46,599 nt of DNA from Nitrospirota bacterium (GTDB lineage: Bacteria > Nitrospirota > Nitrospiria > Nitrospirales > Nitrospiraceae), in contig CAVPGK010000019.1 of assembly GCA_963703955.1 (NCBI GenBank), positions 1-46,599 of the forward strand, written 5' to 3'. Positions 39,732 to 46,599 of this stretch are shown here, in pieces. The notes beneath the pieces were generated by a model. The model did no database searches, was not told the DNA's origin, and was given only the letters and a program-made list of their open reading frames with translations. The number at the start of each line of letters is the position of its first letter. Within the stretch, counting starts at the first letter, position 1. The position numbers and the translations under genes were made by a program.

Positions 39732-39755
39732 ATTATTCATTTGACTTTCTGCCCA

Positions 39756-39786
39756 AGAGCCGACTCGCACGGGGTCGGCTCTTTTA
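39756..39786 (+). terminator. Hairpin plus T run between the two tRNAs
   Basis: aagagccgactc-gcac-ggggtcggctcttt. Confidence 0.6.
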
Positions 39787-39812
39787 TCTCTACTTCCGCT
39801 AGAAGACCGGCT

Positions 39813-39890
39813 GGTCCCATCGTCTAGCCTGGCCTAGGACGGAGCCCTCTCAAGGCTCAAACACGGGTTCAAATCCCGTTGGGACCACCA
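39813..39890 (+). tRNA. tRNA-Glu(CTC)
   Basis: GGTCCCA...GAGCC-CTCTCAA-GGCTC...TGGGACCACCA. Confidence 0.97.
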
Positions 39891-40294
39891 GCACTTCCCC
39901 TGATCTCCCCCGGTCCTTGATTCTCATCCGATGCTCGTCAGGCATGCAAGGAATGTCAAAATGTCCGCTTCTGCGATTCTTGAGGAAGCCAGTTGAATGG
40001 CATGCTCCATCTTACGAGGCACGCAGCCGATTGCCGGAATTCTGTCCCGACTTTGTGCCGCCAACGTCAGGCAGGATGACCTGTGGTCTCCGGTCATGGC
40101 CCTATCGATCTCCTTCCCTTCCACTTCATCGGAACCGCATGAACCTTCCGTCTCGATTGGGTTCATGACGGGCGCCTCTGGCCACTGATGGCGCTGGTGG
40201 CCGTCGGTGGCGACGATGGGAACGAGTGCAGGATCCAGTCTTGCTTTTAGACTCACTCCGACATAGCCTAGAGGCCGACTTCGGAGGATCGACT

Positions 40295-41955
40295 ATGTCT
40301 GACCCTACCACTCCTCAGGCCAGCAAGGTTATTCGACACTTCAGGCAAATCCTGCTCTGGCCCTTGCAGCTCATGCCTATCCGTGAAGGCGCGCAGATCC
40401 AGAAGCACTGGGAACTGCTGGAGACGGTCGCGTCAGACAATCCCTGGCGAGAGGTGGCGGACGAATTCACAGGCGACCCGAGCCTGTTTCAGGAACGCCA
40501 TTACAGCGAGTTCGTGACGTTTCTGCCGTACGTGCAGCACTTCCTCTACGGTGAGGGAAAAGGCAACAGTCCCGACATCGTTCAGGAGTCGCCTATCCGC
40601 GTATTTCGCCGGAGCGATGTCGCCAAGGTGCGCATGACGTACCCCGACCCCCGCGCCGAGCCGGTGACCTTCGAGGTGGCGCATGTGGACCTGTATTTTT
40701 TCATGATATCGATGTGGTCATCCTGATCGTGGAAGTCTACGCCGATGACCTCTCACTGCCCCGAGCGCAGGACACGCTCTTCCGTTTCTGGACGGGCTAT
40801 CCCACGTATTGGGAGCCCGAGGGGCGAGGAGGTCACTGCCCGAAGTACGTCGAGTGGCTCGCCGCTGACGGCAAGGTGCTGGCCGTCTCAGATTACGAGA
40901 AACGCGAAAAATATCTGTCATTCGTGTGCCGGTACCGGGCACCGTGCATCGCGTCGCATTGGGAATGGCTGCTCGAGCCGCTGGTGCTCCACCATTCGGG
41001 GGAGAAAGGCCTCATCCGCTATCGGCAGATCGAATACCACCTCATGCCGCTGATGGCTTATCTCGTGGTGGACGATCCAAGCGCGTTAACCCGTGCGGAG
41101 TTTGTTCGATTGGGGCTGGCCGCGGCGCCGGGCACGTCCGAGTCGCTGCCTTACTCGGAGCCTCACTTGCGCGATTTCGAAGATCGCTATTGTTACGACC
41201 GCTATTGGAACGGACAGGACCGGGAGCGTCCGGGGACGCGCTTTATGTGTACCGGGCGCGTGTTGACGATGGTGGGCGACCGTCGCGAACGGGTCTTTAT
41301 CGACCGCAAGACCGACCTCGAGCAGTTCCGGCACGAATACTTCCTGTTATTCCTGATCGCGCATTTTCATAAGGCAGCGCTCCTCATGCTCGCGAACCGC
41401 CTGGTCGATGCGATGAACCGGCTGGATATCGGCAACCCGGAGTCAGTGCGGCAGTTTCGGCGCGTCATTCGACAGACGCTGGGCATCTTTCTTCGCTTCA
41501 CCCATCGCTACTGGTTCCACGAGGTCTCGGACCATGTGCAAGCCAAGGAACTATTCCGCATGATGAGTGCGCACCTGGGCACGGAGCGGATGTACGCGGA
41601 GGTCAGAAATGCCATCGAGGACATGAGTCAGTATTTGGACAGCGATGCCCTGCGCCGGCAGGGGGAGACGATGGTGCGTCTCACCGTGGTCACGACATTC
41701 GGACTCATTGGAGTGGCGACGACCGGCTTTCTGGGCATGAACTTGATCGATATGGCAGCGAGCCCGCTGTCGACAAAGCTCCTCTACTTTTTTCTCGTCC
41801 TGGTTCCCACCACGGCCGTGACCATCTATACGGTGGTGAAATCACGGCGTCTCTCGGATTTTCTGGAGACGCTGGCCGACGAGCGTCGTTCGTGGCGGGC
41901 CAAGCTCGCTACCTTCGCCGATGTCTGGAAGGCGACGCACGGACGGAACCGCTGA
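40295..41955 (+). CDS. Large CorA-like protein with one frameshift near 40700
   Basis: C-terminal TM-GFLGMN-TM signature; VDLYFF joins DIDVVILIVE across a T run; GGAGG SD. Confidence 0.75.
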
Positions 41956-42594
41956 GCCGCCTTCACGAAGAAGGCGGAACCACATACGAAAGGGTCCTAA
42001 CCATCCTCAGCGGTAGCTTTGTTCCCGTTTCCATAGCCGGTTGCACGGGGAGTAATCAACGGCTGAAGGAGGATGACAAGATTCCCAGCGACATGCGATC
42101 GATCTCGAAGACGCCTTCGTTTCAAGACGATTCGACTCTAGTTCCGCCTTACCTGCAGCATGTCGGCCATACAGCTCTAATTTATTGAACCCGCCGCGCC
42201 GCGCATCGCCCGAAATACGATCCACTCGAAGGCGAGAACTGGGTACAGAAATAACCCGCAGAAAACTCCGTTGAATCGGTTAGCAAGGGGTTAGGTGTGG
42301 CATACTTGAGTGGACATCGCAGTGCGGGTTACATGGTAAGTAGTAACAACCAGACCTATTTTGCCACCTATCGGCTTACGCGCAATGCCTGTATCTTTCC
42401 CACGTCATGCGAGAGGCTCCGGTCTAACCTTCTCCCCAAGTCCGGGGCACTCTGACGGTGGCCACGTTACCGAGGGTTCCTTCAGATCAAGTCAACGAAG
42501 CGACTCACGTCACACTCGACGGAGGAGAAAGTGGAATGAGGTACGTATACTATACTGTGCTCTACCTAATCGGGTGGATCATGCGGGGCAGATC

Positions 42595-42741
42595 ATGACC
42601 TCCCACAATGATACGTTGGCATCTCAGTTCTTATATTCAGACGTCCTCGCCCCCGCACGCGGAATTCTCATAGGCCTTCTCCTCGCCATCATGCTCTGGT
42701 CAGCGGTGCTCCTACCAATTGCCCTTTTCCTATTGGCTTAG
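42595..42741 (+). CDS. Small membrane protein (48 aa)
   Basis: APARGILIGLLLAIMLWSAVLLPIALFLLA hydrophobic tail. Confidence 0.4.
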   Translation: MTSHNDTLASQFLYSDVLAPARGILIGLLLAIMLWSAVLLPIALFLLA

Positions 42742-42829
42742 CCTGGTACATATCCCTTCACCCTGATCACTTTCGGCGTCGTTTGTCCGGTCACTCCTGA
42801 TACACCGATAGTGGGATCACGTATTACGC

Positions 42830-43105
42830 TCACCGCTCTGCGCCAAGGCCTCTAATCTGAGCATAATTCACATCGATAGTGCGAAAATGTACGGGGCTGT
42901 CGAGGATTTGGTTGGCGAGGCGATCGTGCGGCGACCTGATGAGGTCTTTCTGGTATGCAAGGGTTCTTCAGCTTGAGCGGGAGGGGAAGATTCTCTTCTA
43001 GGGGAGAGAACTTCGATGGTCAGACCTTGAAGAAGCCTGGGAGATTCACGGGAGAGCGGCGTTTCGTCTGGAATCAGGTTCTATACCATCTGGAGCCAAG
43101 GCCAC
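42830..43105 (+). pseudogene. Aldo/keto reductase relic
   Basis: Fragments ALRQGL, HIDSAKMYGAVEDLVGEAI..DEVFLVCK, QLEREGKI, NFD, NQVLYHLE with stops and an internal deletion. Confidence 0.7.
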
Positions 43106-43304
43106 CTTCCGGGGGGGGGAGAATGGGTCGGCAGATACGCCTCTCAGGTTAGAGTTGCTGTGGGGCTGAAGAAGTTTCCGAGTAACTTACGCAGCTGCCG
43201 ACCATCCAGAAGGTTGACCTTCTTGTGGCCAAGCACCTTGTGGAAATCCTGTTAAGGACATACTCTTGCTGAAGGGTTCTTGACGCGGTTGCCTCTTGGT
43301 ACGC

Positions 43305-44613
43305 TGACCGGCCGGGGAGATAGGTAACAAAGTTGTCGAGGGACATGGGTTACACGGGTTTGCGGTTAAGTCTGCCATATTCGTCCTCGATACGCATGTG
43401 TCGCTCGATGAGGCGTCCAAGCTTGAGCGGCCCGAAGTAGACATTCCAAACCCCGTTGTCGATCTCCTCGAGCCCGACGTATTCGCCGACGCAGACGATC
43501 GAGACGTTGACCCACTCGCGGTTCCAGCGGATGCCACCATTGGCGCTGACGTAGCGCACTTCGAATCTGTCGGGGTATTCCAGGGGTGGCAATGTGCTGG
43601 GCATCTTGCGCGTTGACGCGCGGTAACAGGACGCGGGCGTGTGCTGGTCGAGCGCTTCGTGTGGGCGCTCGTGATTGAACTCATCTCGAAAGGCATTGAA
43701 TCGGCGTTGTTGTGCGGCCAGACTGCCGGCGGCCGGACGGGTCGTGTCGGCTTTGAGGGTGCGATGCATGCGCTCGTGGCGGCCGTTCTGTTGCGGTTTG
43801 CCCGGTTCGATGAACTCCGGCAGGAGCCCGAGCCGTACCCACCAGGCGGAGAGCTGCGAGAGCCGCGCCAGGGTGTTGGTGGCGAACGGCACGCCGTTGT
43901 CGGTGCGGATGCGCTTGGGCAGACCGTATTCCTGGAACAGCCGGGTGAACACCGGTTCGGCTTCGTCGACGGCGGTTGAGTTCAGCCCCTGGCACCCCAG
44001 TAGATAGCGGCTGAAGCTGTCGGCCACGGTCAGCGGGTAGCAGTAGCGGCCATTGCCGGTCTTGAACTGGCCTTTGAAGTCCGCGCTCCAGAGGTCATTG
44101 GGAGCCAGGATCGAGCCGGTCGGCTTGCCTGGATGGCCGATGCGCCGACGGTGGCGCGTGTGAGGCACCATGCCGTGTCGCTTGAGGATGTCACCCACGG
44201 TGGATCGGTGAGGCAGATCCCAGCTCGGGTCGCGCTTGTGTAGCAGCGCCAAGAGTTTCTTGCCACCCCAGGACGGGTGACGGCGTCGCGCCTGGAGGAG
44301 CGCCTCAACGATGTCCTCCGCCGTCTGATTGGGCGAATGCTGTGGCCGACGCGAGTGGTCCTGAAGCCCGGCCGGTCCGTGTCGGAGGTAGCGGTCGATC
44401 CACTTATAGGCGGTCTTGCGCGACACGCTATACAGGGCGCACAGTTCCGTGACGCTCAGCGTCTCGCGCAGGTAATCGGCGATCAATTGTGTTCTCTGGT
44501 CCATAGGTGACGTCTGACTCCACGGCATGGGCACCTCCTTGGTGCCCGTGAGTGTGCGCAAACTGTTACCTATGTCCCAAGACTAAACTGTTACCTATGT
44601 GTCCAGACCGTAC
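43305..44613 (-). mobile_element. IS481-family insertion sequence, copy 2
   Basis: End-to-end homology with 908-2218 in opposite orientation. Confidence 0.92.
43350..44528 (-). CDS. IS481 transposase, intact
   Basis: Uninterrupted HTH + DDE ORF; AAGGAGG SD. Confidence 0.93.
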   Translation of the reverse strand: MPWSQTSPMDQRTQLIADYLRETLSVTELCALYSVSRKTAYKWIDRYLRHGPAGLQDHSRRPQHSPNQTAEDIVEALLQARRRHPSWGGKKLLALLHKRDPSWDLPHRSTVGDILKRHGMVPHTRHRRRIGHPGKPTGSILAPNDLWSADFKGQFKTGNGRYCYPLTVADSFSRYLLGCQGLNSTAVDEAEPVFTRLFQEYGLPKRIRTDNGVPFATNTLARLSQLSAWWVRLGLLPEFIEPGKPQQNGRHERMHRTLKADTTRPAAGSLAAQQRRFNAFRDEFNHERPHEALDQHTPASCYRASTRKMPSTLPPLEYPDRFEVRYVSANGGIRWNREWVNVSIVCVGEYVGLEEIDNGVWNVYFGPLKLGRLIERHMRIEDEYGRLNRKPV

Positions 44614-44807
44614 CCGCCATCCCCTCCACTCAACGCCCATTGGATGCCTCATTCCTGTGACAAGTGCGCATTGACAGGCCTGCGGCGCAGCGAGCGTGGC
44701 ACAGCCGATCACCACGAAGAGCCGGGCGTCCCCAATGACGGAGTGGAAATCCACCACAGCGGATGCCGTCGCCCGACTGGGAAAGCGAAGCGACGGCTGG
44801 TCGGGCC

Positions 44808-45014
44808 TCAGGCGAGAAGTCTATCGTCCTCGTTCCGACCAGCCGTCTTGTGCTTTTGGGAATAACGTGAGATTCGATTGCGCAAGATGACCGGATCGAG
44901 TATATCGCCACAACTGGGGCATCGCCAGGCCACCACCTTGGCAAAGGTGCTCTCCATAGTCGCGCAGGGTTTCAGTGACCATAATTCCATGACAACGTGT
45001 ACGTTCGAGTTCAT
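44808..45014 (-). pseudogene. Small Zn-ribbon-like protein, probably frameshifted
   Basis: AWRCPSCGDILDPVILRNR in one frame, TRCHGIMVTE in another; GAGGAGG SD. Confidence 0.5.
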
Positions 45015-45360
45015 CGCCTCCTCGCGCTCATCACGTGTGGTGAGGTCAGTGGAAGCCGGGTTCCTTACGGGGGAGCCCTCACACCCAGCCTGTCCATCTA
45101 CATGAGGCGTGCCATGTGAAAGGACTGAAAAAATCAAGGTGATCTTGTCCGCATTGATGCCCTGAGACGGGGGTTGTTGCCTGGTAACGTTTCAGCACCC
45201 GTCTCAGGACCTGAGGGCTCGGCAGGGAGGCCCCGATTAGCCTTCTGGTCTGGAATGAGGTATCCTTTATTTCATACGAAGATGTGCAGGTAGAACAGCC
45301 ATTATCAGCGGGGCTCAGTCGATGGAGGGACAAACCAGTCGGCGTAACCAGGAGGGAAGA

Positions 45361-45853
45361 ATGTCTCGATCATTGTGCCACGAAAGGGGGTTTACCTTTA
45401 TTGAGTTGATGATCGTGGTGGCGATCATCGGAATCTTGGCGGCCATCGCCATCCCAAACTACCTTCGCTATCAGGCAACATCCCGACAGGCTGAGGCAAA
45501 GACCAATTTGTCAGGAATTTACCTCTCAGAGACAGCTTCTTTCGCTCACAGAGGCACTAGACGCACTGGCAAACGTTGGGTTCGTGTTGTCGGGGGGATC
45601 GAACCGGTAACTTATCATTCAGGGGCACTCTGGGGACCAGATGATGGTGTCGGCGCGGGCAACCGGTGAGAATGCGGCGAGCTTCCCGGCCGCCATGGGA
45701 CCCGCACTTCCTCCCGGCGCGGTGGCGACAGCCTTTACTGCAACGGCCGTGGCGAATCTTGACAGCGATGCAACCATCGACCATTGGACTATTAACGATA
45801 TTAAGGGCGGCATGCCTGTTCAGGGCAATGGCTGCAATGACGTGGCAGGGTGA
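45361..45853 (+). pseudogene. Type IV pilin (PilA-like), frameshifted in the variable domain
   Basis: G|FTFIELMIVVAIIGILAAIAIP; EAKTNL; C-terminal FTATAVANLDSDATIDHWTIND in another frame. Confidence 0.8.
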
Positions 45854-46599
45854 TGAGATACTGGCGTTGATAGAAAGTTTCAAGACTCGTACCTCGCTGG
45901 GCCCGGGGCCTGCTTTTCCGTGAGGAATGAGCAAATTTTGCCCTCCTGATCTTCCCGTCACCATCCTTGACATTCCTATAATACGGTGGCGGACCGATCC
46001 TGCCACTTCGACAACGCTCACCCATTAACTGTGTCAATCAAAATGACTCTTCCTGTCGCTGTGTGAACGCTCTCCTCTCTAATCGTGTCGAGCTTGATCG
46101 TTATCGAAGGAGCAACGGCTGAGGCGACTCTCACCACGGTTTGATTGACGCCTGTGGGCGCGTTATGCAATAAGTAGCACAGTCTTGGTGAGGGAAGATT
46201 TGTCAGGAGCGATGGTTATGCAGGGACGCGAATTTCACGATGGAGCCCAAGATGGACTTGAAGCATTAGAGCCGCTTGATCCTGAAAAGATTCGTCCTTT
46301 TCTGACCTGCTAGTGGCGATGCGGAAGACGGCTTTCGGTGGCCGACGGCTGGGCGAGGCGTTCGACGTGTTGACCGCCATGATTGAAAGATCTGATTGTC
46401 TTGTTGTGTTGACACTCTCTGGAGCAATGACGATCGCCAAGATGGGGAAAATTATGAGTTGCATGAGATAGATCATGGTATGGTGCAAGCCATCGTCTCA
46501 ACCGGCGCTCTGATTGCGCATGGATTGAGTGAATCAGTCGGCAAGGTTCATTATCGGCACAATCCTTCCTTGCGTGATGAGGAGCTGTTCCGCAAAGGT

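Noticed and set aside
908..44613. Recent composite transposon bounded by the IS481 copies
   Set aside because: Copies are diverged, no outer target duplication, and the interior is core genome
45100..45114. sigma54-like TGGCACGCCTCATGT upstream of the Zn-ribbon ORF
   Set aside because: -12 element reads GT rather than GC; too weak to call
46216..46488. 90-aa minus-strand ORF
   Set aside because: No recognisable motif or SD; not supportable
39891..46599. Defined island integrated at tRNA-Glu
   Set aside because: No integrase or tRNA 3' duplicate found inside the window

Overview
Bacterial window, probably Nitrospira-like (inferred from gene content, not proven), in three parts. (1) 1-15.9 kb is an accessory region downstream of tRNA-Lys(CTT). 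It holds an IS481, an autoinducer-binding-type LuxR split by an IS3 (CCA target duplication), small orphan ORFs, receiver-domain proteins, a Ca2+/H+ antiporter, and a TIR-domain membrane protein ending in an attC-like site. It also holds a 5.6-kb island bounded by a 52-bp tRNA 3'-end duplication (patatin, Cys-rich pseudogene, IS3, truncated tyrosine integrase) and three copies of an unexplained ~110-160 bp non-coding repeat. (2) 15.9-39.9 kb is core genome: tRNA-Arg, HU, ThiS/MoaD-like, cyclase, rfbC, a PerR-rubrerythrin-FeS oxidoreductase-DUF3501-erpA-queD cluster, trx/prx, typA, PBP1A, a full isc operon with divergent fdx, gltX, tRNA-Gln and tRNA-Glu. (3) 39.9-46.6 kb is a second accessory region with a CorA-like gene, an aldo/keto reductase relic, a second inverted IS481 and a disrupted type IV pilin. 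Frameshifts in the normally essential gltX suggest residual indel errors in the assembly, so many pseudogene calls are provisional.
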